A stretch of DNA of 39,639 bases from a virus (taxonomy: Duplodnaviria; Caudoviricetes): IMG/VR virus record IMGVR_UViG_3300027759_000182, positions 1-39,639 of that record; one strand, given 5' to 3'. Position numbers and translations under genes: made by a program. Shown piece after piece: positions 15,099-25,369 of this stretch (its first letter is position 1; the number at the start of each line of letters is the position of its first letter). The notes below the pieces were generated by a model that searched no databases, was not told where the DNA came from, and was given only the letters and a program-made list of their open reading frames with translations.

Positions 15099-18000
15099 TT
15101 ATCGCACACCTAGGGTATTTGCTAACTTGACACCTTGCTCTGCTACCCGATTGTATTGGGCGGTCAGTTTGTTAACCATTTCTCTACGATCATCAGGCGG
15201 GATATTTTGATTGTTATTGGTGGCTTCAATTGCCTTGCGGATAGCGGTCATGGATGTAGCCACTCTACGTAAAGCGGGAGCAGATGCCATTAGCTTGCGC
15301 TTGTCTTCATCTTGCATTAGCTCTACTGCTTCCTTACCTAATCCAGTTTTAGTCATTGTGCTGAACTCTTGTGCTACTTGATTGGCGGTCTGCTCTATTT
15401 GATAGAAATCGGCAACAGCTTTATTAGAGTTTGGATCAGTTAAAAATGACTTAAAAAATGGTTGTTTAGCCAAATTCTTGGAGGTAGGCTCTTTGCCCTG
15501 TACTGTAGTGATTAGCTGATCAGCCAAGGAGAATGAGAATGTACCAGCTTCTGCAAGGTAGCCTTGCATCAGAGCATCAATCTTAGCGGGGGATAGACCT
15601 ACTGCACCCAAGCCAGACTGACTTAAGAACTTAGCGGTTTCACTAGCGTTTCTGCCACGCATTTCAATTGGTAGTCTGCTCTCTCCAATGCTTTCAATTG
15701 GGTTACCAGTAAAGAATGAGTAGTTAGTAATGACTTCCAAGGCTGGTTTAATTGCTTGCGGTACAGGAACTCCGCCAGTAGGTAGGTTATGCAAGAAGCC
15801 ATCTTTATAAGACTTGAGCATTTCTTTGCCTGTTGAGTTGCCAGCCAAGCCACGTATAGCCACCTCTGGCAATGTCTTGAAGAGGAATCCAACCTCGTAA
15901 GGAACTGCCACTTTAATAAAGCCTTCGCCTAGCGGGTTCTTAATCAGCCAGTTATTGTCTTTGATGTAGTCAGGTAGCTTCTTGTACTCGTCATCATCTT
16001 GCATCAACATAGCGTAGGCAATGCTGCTGCCGAGCATTAAAGCTGCACGTTGTTTAAACAACTTCTGTGCCGCAGCCTTTTCTGCTGGTGGCAAGTTGTA
16101 TCCTGTAGCTGCACGGTATACAGTATCTAAAGAAGTGATGGACGCAGATAGGAAAGGAATCATCTGACGTAAAGCGTTTAAAGTCTTTGAATTACCATGA
16201 ATCATAAAGTTAATGGACTCACGGGCTTTCATAACCGCAAAGTTAGTTGCTTGTTCTTCGGTCATGCCTTTGTTTAAACCAGCTTCTTTTTCTTTCTTGA
16301 AGATAGCGATACGAGTAGAAGCATCAGATGCTTCGTGGATCTGCATTAACTTGTGGAAGAGCTTGTTTAAATTGCCTTTAGGAAGCTGTTCTTTGCCAGT
16401 TTGCTCAAGGTAAGTATGTAAGTCTAGGGTGCTATCGTACTGTCCAATAACTCCACGTTCAGCCAAGATACGAGCCTCTGGCGAGTTATTTGCAAGCACA
16501 TTGATAAACTCTTTAGCAGAATGGAACGGTGTTGTAATACCGCTATTAGCCACCAAAGCCGCATGGATTGGGTCACGAATAAGCTGACGTATCCAGAACA
16601 TTGGGTTGATCAAAGCACCCGCACGGAGAACGTTAGTAGCTCCACCAAAGAACTTAAGCAATGGGGATAGCTCATAATGATGTGTTTCAAAAGCGGCTAA
16701 GTCTACAGGGTTGTCCACTATGACATGAACCACACCCTTGTTATCTGCCAATGGATTAGTTGGGTCTTTGTAACGTAGGTTGATGCCTTCAGCTAAAGGA
16801 GCGCCAACTGTCTTGCCATTCTTAATCCTTGAGGGAATACTAGCCGCACCAGCACCAATCAATTGCTCTACCGCAACTTTACGTACTTGGTTTTGATAAG
16901 CACCAGCTAACATAGATGCATATTGCTTGTCGATGTTTTCCCAAATGTTGCGTTCTAAATCAGAAGAGCCTTTGAGTTTATGGATCTTGGGAGTGGACTT
17001 TAAACCAGCGGCAGTATAGCCTAGTTGGTTTTCCATCATCTCTTCTAGGTCTGCGTTAGAAGCCGCTAGAGATACGTAGTACTTCTTAGAGCGGTACTCA
17101 TCAGCTTGTTTCTTATCTAAGAGACCTACTTCTTCCCATAGATTTAACAAGCCAGTATTGACGTTCTTCCAAATATCAAAGATTTGTTCTAACTCAGGAA
17201 CATTTTTGATTTGTTGCTCTGCCCACGCAATCTGCTCAGGCTTAATCTGCTTCTCTCTGTTTACGTGGTTCTTGATGTTCTTCTGTGTTTTGTTAAACGC
17301 AGCATCTTCTTGCATAATTTCTTTACCACGAAGGGCACGGGCAACTTCAGCCACATAGCCTCTACCGCTTAAATCAGAGTCTTTAACATACTGGTTGTCG
17401 TTTAAACGGTCTGCTATTGCCTGGCTGTTGGCTAGGTTGTTTACGTCATCTCTTTGGATGATGACAGTTCCATCAGAATTAATGATGGGAATCCCCGTTT
17501 GCAAACCATTACGGATAATGTTGATGGTTTGAGCTTTGCCTCTAGCCAGCAAATCAGCACGTAGAACACCATTCGCATCGTAGCTTGGGCTATCTTTGAG
17601 GCTTCTTGCTAGTCCCGAATTGGGATCAATAAACGCTATGCGGGCTTTAATCCGTCTTTCTGGATCTTTAAAGAAGTCTACAACGTTAGTGATGGTATCG
17701 GTTAAACGCTTACCAGCAGACTCATTTGGTAAAAGGGTTGTAAACGTGCCTTGTGGAGGAGCGTTAGGAGCTAAAGATAGTTTCTTCTTAACACCCAGTG
17801 TGCCAGTTTTACGTGGTTGACCTTCAGCCATTTCTTCAATTTGATTTGGCGTAATAGCTTTAGCTTGTTTAAACAATTTAGGCACTTCGGACTGGACAAT
17901 GTCGCCCTCTTCGTTAGCTCGTACAGATATACCTTGAGCTTTTAATCCTGTCTCTTCTACTGGTGGCTGGATGTTTCTACCACTCCACTTAGGGTTGCCA

Positions 18001-21000
18001 TATCTACGTTGTACGTTTGGATTACTGTACATAGTAGTGACACCGTAAAAACCGTTCATTGGAGTTACAACCATTGCATCATCGGTCTGTGCGTCATACA
18101 GAATGAATTGTTTGCCATCTGCGTAAACACGATTAAAGCGTTTAGACAGGCTCTCAATATGAAGGATTGTGTCTTCTAGGGCTTCTTTGGTAACCGCCAC
18201 TGGGCGGTGAGCAACGTCTGTCAAGGCACGTTCAAGGATGTGTTTAGCACCGTAGGCTTTGCCCTTTTCATCTCCTCTGGTTCCTATCTGAAGGCGGATA
18301 GGACGTTTAGGGAATGGCGAGTTAGTAGGCATAAACCCTAGGTTGCCTAGAGCATTAGGGTTTTTGTCAGAGGTTAAGAATGTATCTGGCGCAATGCTAT
18401 CTAATGCAACAGAGAAACGAATGTCTTTAGATTCTTTGGTTGGTGCTTTGTTAAATGCAGACTTAATTTGACTTGAGTCATAAACCGCAAGATTTTTTTG
18501 ACCGCCTTCTGTTACATAAAACCCGTCAAATCCAGCACGTTTAATTGCTCCCTGTGCTTCTGGGCTTTCAATCATATTCCAAGATCCAAAACCAAAAATT
18601 CTTTTTAATCTTTCTGGATCAAAAGAAGCGCCTTGCAACATTTTTTGCATTTCTGCTGGCGTTGCGCTATCTAATGCTTGTTGTATATGAACAGGATTTT
18701 CATAGTCAAATGGATTATTTGCATAAACATATGCTGGAATAATGTTTGCACGACTAGGCAACTGCTCTCTTAACACTTGGTTCATCGCATCTTCTGGCGA
18801 ATCTCCAAATTCTCTAGCAAGTTTATCGGCTTTTTTTGCAAATGCTAGCAACGCATCAGTAGATAAACCTTCCTTAAACTGTTTAGCCATATAGTATTCG
18901 CTGGCATCAGTAAAGTCTTCGGCAAAACTAGGTGTTGGAGACAAGAAAATAGCATTTGCTTGCTTAGGTTTAAACTCGGTAATGTCTTGTGCAGTACCGT
19001 GGTAGTAAATCCTTGGACTGCCATCTTCATTGACAATCTTAGAATCGCCCTCTGGACGATTCATAAACTCTCTTACTTCTGGTGTATTAGGTGCGCTTAA
19101 GGAGTATTTGGGCGCTTCTGGGCTTGGCTCACCCATCTCTGTTGTGTCGGTTCCGCCTTCTGGTTGTCCATATCTGCTAGCTGCTGCTTTAACATGGTTA
19201 CGTATTGGTTGTCCGAACCATACTTTGCTTCTAGCCTTTGTATCTTTTCTGGCAGAATCTGAGCCAATGATGTAGTCATTATAATTTTCTTTCCCTATAA
19301 CAAGAGTATCGTAATACATTGGGCTGGCTTGTGCAACTCCGTCCATGCCCGATATTTCAGCAACAATGTCATCTAAAGCATCAAATTTTTCTTTTAATAC
19401 TTTGCTTAAATATGCTGGGTTTGCCAAATCTCTGCGTAAATCTTCATCCCAACGCATAGAAATTTCTGGTACATATTGCAGTCTAACTCCAATATATTGA
19501 CCTTCTTTTGCACGTGGGTCAACAACTAACGTAAAGCCGTCTTGACCCTTGGAGGTAAATTTGTCCAATATTGGCTTGACATCGTTTAAAGCTTTTTCAT
19601 CTTTAAAGTAAATTTCAACGCCAGGTCGTGCATTGTCGCTAACTTCATTTGGAGCTAAAACTTTTGATACAAATAAATCGTATTGCTCATTAACTAAAGC
19701 TTGGTTTGCCAAGGCTGAAACAACTTGAGTAGGATCAAACTTATCTTTTTCTACAACCCATTCTGTATCTAAAGCTTCTTCTACAGTACCACCGTATAAA
19801 CCCTTAGTTGGCATTGCTCTGACAGCAATAACGGTGGGATCACTCTTCAATACAGAAGTGATGGAATCTTGCATTTCCTGTACCGCTTGTTGTTTTGGAG
19901 CAACATCGCCTTTTTGGGCTGATATACCAGCTAAGAAACGTGTTGCTGGGTTCTTTTCAAAGTTCTCTTCAAATGAACCACCTTCGCCAACTTTAGTTGT
20001 CCAGTTTTTCTTGCCCCATAACTCTTTTTCCGCAAACCAAGCAATAGCCTGTAAAGACGGTGGGTCAAGGTCTACACTCTTTTTAAGGTTTGTTCTTTCC
20101 TTGAGGAGCTTAGAAACCTTCTCTAGGACTTCAGCACCAAATCCATACTCACCAGTAACTGCAGTTGCTTTTGCATTCCACAGACCTGTAACACCTTTTT
20201 CAGCTGGTGGCGGTATACGTGGTAAATCTATACCTGGCAGTAAGTTGGCAGAACGTCTGAGCATACGAGCAGCCCATACATCAATGGTAGCCATGTCAGA
20301 CTTGCCAATTAAGTTAGCCGCAAAGTTTTTAGCTTTAGGCGCTTGACCAGCTTTAATGCCTTTCCATAAGTCGGCTAACGCTTCCATAGCCCTTACGGAA
20401 TTCATTCCATATAACTTACCGCTTATTTGGCGGATCTTGTTTTCGTCTGGAAATTCAGAAACTTTCTTTTTGCCATCTACGTGTTTAACAAAAGCAGCCA
20501 TTTCTTTATCAAAGTCGCCACGCACAAAACGTCTCATTACATCCATAGAGAAATTAAAGTTAGTGTCTACTGGAGTGTTTGGACTAGTTGATCCTAACAA
20601 ATCAGCTACTATGTCACCAAATCCACCGTATTCTTGTCTTAATAGTTTTGCTACGTTTTTGTACCAATTTTGATGGGCAATAATGTTTTTTGCATTTTTA
20701 TCACCTTTGTTGGCACGTGCGTATATTTTAACTATCTCTTGGGCAAACTTAGTTGCAACTTTATTAGCATCTGCTTTGTTAAAACCGTAAGCAATTGCTT
20801 GATAAGATGGAGCAACCTTTAAGTTGCCTTTTTTATCTATACCAGCTTCCAAACCTTTAACGGTTAAATCTGCCCATCCCTCTGATGCTGGATAACGTTT
20901 TTTAGTGTCAACAATATCTTTAGTGGCGGTGTCTACTATCTTTTTAGCTCTAGCATCTACTTTATTTTGATCTAATGCCTCATCTTCAGCTAATTGCGAT

Positions 21001-23471
21001 GTTAAAAAATTTTCTGCAATTTTCTGTGCATCATTAACGACTGCATTGCTTTCTTCATCATTTAAAGAAGCAGTTTCGGCAAGCTTGCGAACTTCACGTT
21101 TAATGTCTAGTTTGTATTTGCGCTCATCGCCTAATGAATACTTAAAATCTTTCTTTGAGCCAAACTTAGCGTTTTTAGCCAGCACGAGCGGACCAATTTG
21201 GATTACTTCATCGGCACTCAATATTGGCTGGGTTGTCTTGCGGTCATAGAAATAGCTATGACGCTCTGGATCCATACCTACTTGCGTCCATGCGGGGTCG
21301 TTTAAAGCTTTTTTTGCTTGAGCAACTGCTTGCTTTTCGTTAATTGGTTGCCAATTACCCATAATTCTGGCATCAGGATATTTGTTTTGTTCTCCTGTTG
21401 CTACCTTGATCATACGTTGTGGCACTTCAAATGTTGCATTTTTAACTGCGGAAACATTTGAATACATAGAGCTATAAGGCATAGCGCCTTTTTGGTCGCC
21501 ACTAGCTTCGTTATGAATAGTGTTAACCCATGCACCTTTTTTAGTGTATGCGGGAATATCTAAACGTAATCCTACTGGATGACCTTTTGGAATTTGTTCA
21601 GTCTTGCCATAGCGAGCAATTTTCTTTTCATCAGATGCAGCTAAACCTTCCTCTGCCAACGCTCTTGGTGTTGGCTCTGGAACAAAGTCGTAGGCGGTAA
21701 TTGTTTTGTAACGGTTAACCAGCTTATCGTATTGGGCGGCAGTCATTTCGCCAGCTTCTACTTTTTTGGCGGCTTCAGTCAATTCTGGCACACGCTTAGT
21801 AACATCTTTAAAATCCATGTTAATTCTGCGGGTATCAGGCTGAGAGAATCTAGCGGCATTAAGTACTTCACCCGCTGGAGCTACTTGATCTCTTGTGCCT
21901 GACTCAATACTTCTAAAGATACTGTCTGCACTTTGGAATCCAGCACCAGTAAAGCCATTACGCATAGCTTCAAACATTAGCTTAAGCTTCTCATAGATAG
22001 CACCAATCATGCCCTCTGGAGCGCCATTCTTGTCAAAGTATCTAAACGCTTCGGCAATAGCTTCTTCTTGGATATAGCTGTCAAAGCCAGCTAGTGTCTT
22101 GTTATCTTGTTGGTAGATCTTCTTGTACTGCTCGTACTTACCAGTATCTTTAATAAAGGTTTTAAGCCAGTCGCTCTTAGCTTTATTAGTTAAAGCTGAC
22201 CATTCATTCTCTTGGAATCCGCCCAACTCTCTTAGCGCATGGATAGACTCATGGCGCATAGAACCCATAGGGTTAGGCTTGTCTAAGGCTACGTGGATCA
22301 GGTTATTAGCCCACATACCATCGGCTCTACCGTTTTCGATAGAATCCATGACCTTCAGACCTACGTTTTCCAAACCAAAACGCTTCATTTCGGGCAGTAG
22401 CATTGCCGCAATTTGAGGGGCACTTTCCCTGACCGCTGGGTTGTAGATATTAGGGTCGGATTGCTTGGCTAATTCCTCGGATTCTTGTGCCTTTGTAGGC
22501 TCTAAAACGGGCTTAGGAGGCGCTGTTTCACCACGTCTAATAGCTCCGATAGGGGCAGCTGTAATAGCGCCTATAGCGGCATCTCTAGCGGCTGATCCAA
22601 TGACTCCTTGCATAGGATCTACGTCAAATCCTTCTCTGCCTAAAGCTACGTTAGTGGCATACTGTTCTTGACCAGCCTGTAGACCCTCAAATGGAGCTTC
22701 GGATAGAGCAGCCATTCCTGCTCGTGGCAGCATATTAGCGTTTAAACGGGTTGCAACGCCAGGCGTTACTAAACTCTCTGCACCGTATCGACCAGCAGCA
22801 GCACCTAAAACTGCCCCTAAACCAAGTTGGGGAGCGTTTGCCATTGAATATGCTTGGGCTTGAGAAGCCTTTTCAGCTGCTATTTCTGGACTTTCGCCTC
22901 TAGCCTCAAGTTTAGATTTAACGTTTTCGTAAATAGAACCTTTGATTGCACCAGTACCCTGTAGCGCACCTATGCCAGTGTTTATTGTTCTAGCAGCGGG
23001 CACTGCCAAGCCAGCTACTCTAGCTCCAGCACCTAATGCACCAGCCGCTACATAGGGGGCAAAAGAACCTGTTGCTTGGGCAATAGATTGAACTGGAGCT
23101 TCTGCTACACCACCTAAATACGCCTTGATTTCTTCAAGAGTGCTACCAGATTTAACGGCTTCATCTATGATTTGTTGCCGTCTTTGCATCTCTTCAATGC
23201 GTTGCGGTCTATATTGCTTGCCTAGTCTTTCTTGAATACCGCCAAGATATTGGGATGCAGCGTTATCTGCACCAGCTATATCGGTTAAAGACTTACCAGC
23301 GCCAACAACACCTTGTTTAAACGCAGTGCCAATGTCACCTAGGTTGCTGGTGTTTTGTTTTATTTGCTTTTCTTCGGTAATTCTAGCGGCAGTTGCTTGA
23401 ATTACAGACGGATCTGTATTGTCTGGGAACTCTAATATGGTTCCATCAAAGAGTTCTGCATTAATTGGCAT
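15099..23471 (-). CDS. Large polyvalent (DarB-like) internal virion protein: zincin, glycosylase-like, ADP-ribosyltransferase-like, PBECR-like and LPD38 domains
   Basis: RHESIH..EEAIAE; WY..GSTSPN..KNFAAN..ATIDVW; YYHGT..IFLS..NPFD..GFDG..SQIKS; YGAKHI; C-terminal STRIAIF..ARESINF..G..IPFL. Confidence 0.88.
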   Translation of the reverse strand: MPINAELFDGTILEFPDNTDPSVIQATAARITEEKQIKQNTSNLGDIGTAFKQGVVGAGKSLTDIAGADNAASQYLGGIQERLGKQYRPQRIEEMQRRQQIIDEAVKSGSTLEEIKAYLGGVAEAPVQSIAQATGSFAPYVAAGALGAGARVAGLAVPAARTINTGIGALQGTGAIKGSIYENVKSKLEARGESPEIAAEKASQAQAYSMANAPQLGLGAVLGAAAGRYGAESLVTPGVATRLNANMLPRAGMAALSEAPFEGLQAGQEQYATNVALGREGFDVDPMQGVIGSAARDAAIGAITAAPIGAIRRGETAPPKPVLEPTKAQESEELAKQSDPNIYNPAVRESAPQIAAMLLPEMKRFGLENVGLKVMDSIENGRADGMWANNLIHVALDKPNPMGSMRHESIHALRELGGFQENEWSALTNKAKSDWLKTFIKDTGKYEQYKKIYQQDNKTLAGFDSYIQEEAIAEAFRYFDKNGAPEGMIGAIYEKLKLMFEAMRNGFTGAGFQSADSIFRSIESGTRDQVAPAGEVLNAARFSQPDTRRINMDFKDVTKRVPELTEAAKKVEAGEMTAAQYDKLVNRYKTITAYDFVPEPTPRALAEEGLAASDEKKIARYGKTEQIPKGHPVGLRLDIPAYTKKGAWVNTIHNEASGDQKGAMPYSSMYSNVSAVKNATFEVPQRMIKVATGEQNKYPDARIMGNWQPINEKQAVAQAKKALNDPAWTQVGMDPERHSYFYDRKTTQPILSADEVIQIGPLVLAKNAKFGSKKDFKYSLGDERKYKLDIKREVRKLAETASLNDEESNAVVNDAQKIAENFLTSQLAEDEALDQNKVDARAKKIVDTATKDIVDTKKRYPASEGWADLTVKGLEAGIDKKGNLKVAPSYQAIAYGFNKADANKVATKFAQEIVKIYARANKGDKNAKNIIAHQNWYKNVAKLLRQEYGGFGDIVADLLGSTSPNTPVDTNFNFSMDVMRRFVRGDFDKEMAAFVKHVDGKKKVSEFPDENKIRQISGKLYGMNSVRAMEALADLWKGIKAGQAPKAKNFAANLIGKSDMATIDVWAARMLRRSANLLPGIDLPRIPPPAEKGVTGLWNAKATAVTGEYGFGAEVLEKVSKLLKERTNLKKSVDLDPPSLQAIAWFAEKELWGKKNWTTKVGEGGSFEENFEKNPATRFLAGISAQKGDVAPKQQAVQEMQDSITSVLKSDPTVIAVRAMPTKGLYGGTVEEALDTEWVVEKDKFDPTQVVSALANQALVNEQYDLFVSKVLAPNEVSDNARPGVEIYFKDEKALNDVKPILDKFTSKGQDGFTLVVDPRAKEGQYIGVRLQYVPEISMRWDEDLRRDLANPAYLSKVLKEKFDALDDIVAEISGMDGVAQASPMYYDTLVIGKENYNDYIIGSDSARKDTKARSKVWFGQPIRNHVKAAASRYGQPEGGTDTTEMGEPSPEAPKYSLSAPNTPEVREFMNRPEGDSKIVNEDGSPRIYYHGTAQDITEFKPKQANAIFLSPTPSFAEDFTDASEYYMAKQFKEGLSTDALLAFAKKADKLAREFGDSPEDAMNQVLREQLPSRANIIPAYVYANNPFDYENPVHIQQALDSATPAEMQKMLQGASFDPERLKRIFGFGSWNMIESPEAQGAIKRAGFDGFYVTEGGQKNLAVYDSSQIKSAFNKAPTKESKDIRFSVALDSIAPDTFLTSDKNPNALGNLGFMPTNSPFPKRPIRLQIGTRGDEKGKAYGAKHILERALTDVAHRPVAVTKEALEDTILHIESLSKRFNRVYADGKQFILYDAQTDDAMVVTPMNGFYGVTTMYSNPNVQRRYGNPKWSGRNIQPPVEETGLKAQGISVRANEEGDIVQSEVPKLFKQAKAITPNQIEEMAEGQPRKTGTLGVKKKLSLAPNAPPQGTFTTLLPNESAGKRLTDTITNVVDFFKDPERRIKARIAFIDPNSGLARSLKDSPSYDANGVLRADLLARGKAQTINIIRNGLQTGIPIINSDGTVIIQRDDVNNLANSQAIADRLNDNQYVKDSDLSGRGYVAEVARALRGKEIMQEDAAFNKTQKNIKNHVNREKQIKPEQIAWAEQQIKNVPELEQIFDIWKNVNTGLLNLWEEVGLLDKKQADEYRSKKYYVSLAASNADLEEMMENQLGYTAAGLKSTPKIHKLKGSSDLERNIWENIDKQYASMLAGAYQNQVRKVAVEQLIGAGAASIPSRIKNGKTVGAPLAEGINLRYKDPTNPLADNKGVVHVIVDNPVDLAAFETHHYELSPLLKFFGGATNVLRAGALINPMFWIRQLIRDPIHAALVANSGITTPFHSAKEFINVLANNSPEARILAERGVIGQYDSTLDLHTYLEQTGKEQLPKGNLNKLFHKLMQIHEASDASTRIAIFKKEKEAGLNKGMTEEQATNFAVMKARESINFMIHGNSKTLNALRQMIPFLSASITSLDTVYRAATGYNLPPAEKAAAQKLFKQRAALMLGSSIAYAMLMQDDDEYKKLPDYIKDNNWLIKNPLGEGFIKVAVPYEVGFLFKTLPEVAIRGLAGNSTGKEMLKSYKDGFLHNLPTGGVPVPQAIKPALEVITNYSFFTGNPIESIGESRLPIEMRGRNASETAKFLSQSGLGAVGLSPAKIDALMQGYLAEAGTFSFSLADQLITTVQGKEPTSKNLAKQPFFKSFLTDPNSNKAVADFYQIEQTANQVAQEFSTMTKTGLGKEAVELMQDEDKRKLMASAPALRRVATSMTAIRKAIEATNNNQNIPPDDRREMVNKLTAQYNRVAEQGVKLANTLGVR

Positions 23472-23473
23472 AG

Positions 23474-25369
23474 TTATCCAGCGATTTGCTTACCTTTTGC
23501 ATCAAACCTTATCACGTTACCGCCTCCTGATGTGGCTGGTAAATCAGGAAAAGCTTGTCTACGTAATTGTAACGCTATTTGGCTGTTTTCTATGTCATTG
23601 ATTGCTTTTTGTTTGGCAGCTGGATCTGTATCTAACATTGGATTTTTTGCAATTAATGAATTAAGCATATTTTTTACATGATTTTCATATTGATTAATAG
23701 CAATTTTTTGTTTTTCAGTACCATGTTTTTCAACATCTAATGCATATTGTTTTTCTTTCATGGCACGGTTGTACATTGCATTTTGCTTGTTAAGATCTTC
23801 TGCACCTTGATAGCGAGTAGCGTATAACATACTCTTATCTAAGGCTGCTTGTTCAGCGCCACGTTGTTTTTTAGATTCACTTAATTGTTGCACGCCAGCT
23901 AAAGCACCCTTACCAATATTTTCAAACGCATAGGGAGATGTACCGCCAAGCATTCCTAAGCCAGCGGTAAGCAAAGCCATGTTTTTATCATCGCCTCGTT
24001 GTGCATCTATTGCTTTTTCACGAGCGAGCATTCTTTCCATCATTTGCTCAAGACTAGACTTGGGAGCTGCTTGAGCCTGTACTGGAGCATTTCTGCCCAT
24101 GTTTTCTGCTTCAAATAAAGCAGTGGCTTGGTCAAAATCTCTAAGCTCTTGATTTGTAGGAACGTTGCTACGTATAGGAACATTTCTAAGCTCTGGTGGC
24201 ATGGTTGGCGGAATTACTTTGGTTGGATTGGGTCTTTTTGCCGCAAGTTCTGGAGCACTTTGTTTTAAGAATTCGTATTGATCTTCTTCTTGTTTACGTT
24301 TTTTAGCTGCTTGAATTTCTTCAATACGCAATCTATCCATATCATAATTGTCACCACCATAAACACCCATAGGGTCTACGTAACCCTCATTGGCAAAATG
24401 ACGTACTTCTCCGCCTTGAGCTAAGTTAACCCCGCTAATGTAACCTTGAGTCTCTCTTGGTAGTCTGCGTGGGTCAGCGCCAGAGGCTAACCATTTATCT
24501 GTGGCACCAGGTCCCATGTTGTAAGCAATCATTGCTAACTTAGGGTCTCTGTAACGTCTTAGTAAAACACTAGCGTATTCATCGCCAACACGTCTAAGTT
24601 CGTTTGGATCATTGCTTTGTGCGGGTTTAATACCAAAACCAGGATCTCTAGCGGTTGCTGGCATAACTTGCATCTCGCCTTGAGCACCCTTATTAGAAGT
24701 CAATAGGTTACCGCTTTTGTCGTAACGTCTACCGCCACTCTCTTTACCCATGATGACGGCACGTAAACGGGCATCCATATCACCGCCCTGTTCTGGACGA
24801 ACAGAAGCAATTCCTACATCTTTACTTGAATTTGCAAAAGTTTGTGGGGAACCTTTAGCTTGCCGAGTCTCAAACGTTGGAGTGTAGTCATCCTCTCCCG
24901 CATTCATAGCACGCTCAATCATGGAGTTATAGTCAGCCTCCTCTAAAGAGTCTTCGTAATCGTCATCTTCATAATCAGACATACCGCCATCAGCAAACGC
25001 AATAATTCCACCGCCAGCATACTGACGTTCTGGAATAGGCAATTGAGCTACTCCCATGTCTTGCGGCATCTGCTGAGGCATCTGAGGAGCCATCTGTTGC
25101 GGCATTTGTTCTGGCATTTGTGGTTGCTCTGCTTGAGCATTTTGCGCCATTAACTGCTCCATTACTGTCGGAGGAGTTTGTCCAGCATTTTGTAATGCGT
25201 TTTGTCTTGCAAAAGCATCCGCCATCTCTGCTTTACGAGCAAGAATTGGAGCTAACATCTCTTCGCTAATCTGCTTTTTTTGAGCCATTTGCATAATCAT
25301 GGCTTGTGGCAAAGCAGCTAAATCATCAATTGAGCTATTTTGTTGTTTGATTGCGCTAAGAATACTCAT
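23474..25369 (-). CDS. Internal virion protein with lytic transglycosylase (SLT) domain
   Basis: KESGG, GAQGEMQVMPATA, AYNMGPG and ETQGY motifs (~24430-24770). Confidence 0.9.
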   Translation of the reverse strand: MSILSAIKQQNSSIDDLAALPQAMIMQMAQKKQISEEMLAPILARKAEMADAFARQNALQNAGQTPPTVMEQLMAQNAQAEQPQMPEQMPQQMAPQMPQQMPQDMGVAQLPIPERQYAGGGIIAFADGGMSDYEDDDYEDSLEEADYNSMIERAMNAGEDDYTPTFETRQAKGSPQTFANSSKDVGIASVRPEQGGDMDARLRAVIMGKESGGRRYDKSGNLLTSNKGAQGEMQVMPATARDPGFGIKPAQSNDPNELRRVGDEYASVLLRRYRDPKLAMIAYNMGPGATDKWLASGADPRRLPRETQGYISGVNLAQGGEVRHFANEGYVDPMGVYGGDNYDMDRLRIEEIQAAKKRKQEEDQYEFLKQSAPELAAKRPNPTKVIPPTMPPELRNVPIRSNVPTNQELRDFDQATALFEAENMGRNAPVQAQAAPKSSLEQMMERMLAREKAIDAQRGDDKNMALLTAGLGMLGGTSPYAFENIGKGALAGVQQLSESKKQRGAEQAALDKSMLYATRYQGAEDLNKQNAMYNRAMKEKQYALDVEKHGTEKQKIAINQYENHVKNMLNSLIAKNPMLDTDPAAKQKAINDIENSQIALQLRRQAFPDLPATSGGGNVIRFDAKGKQIAG

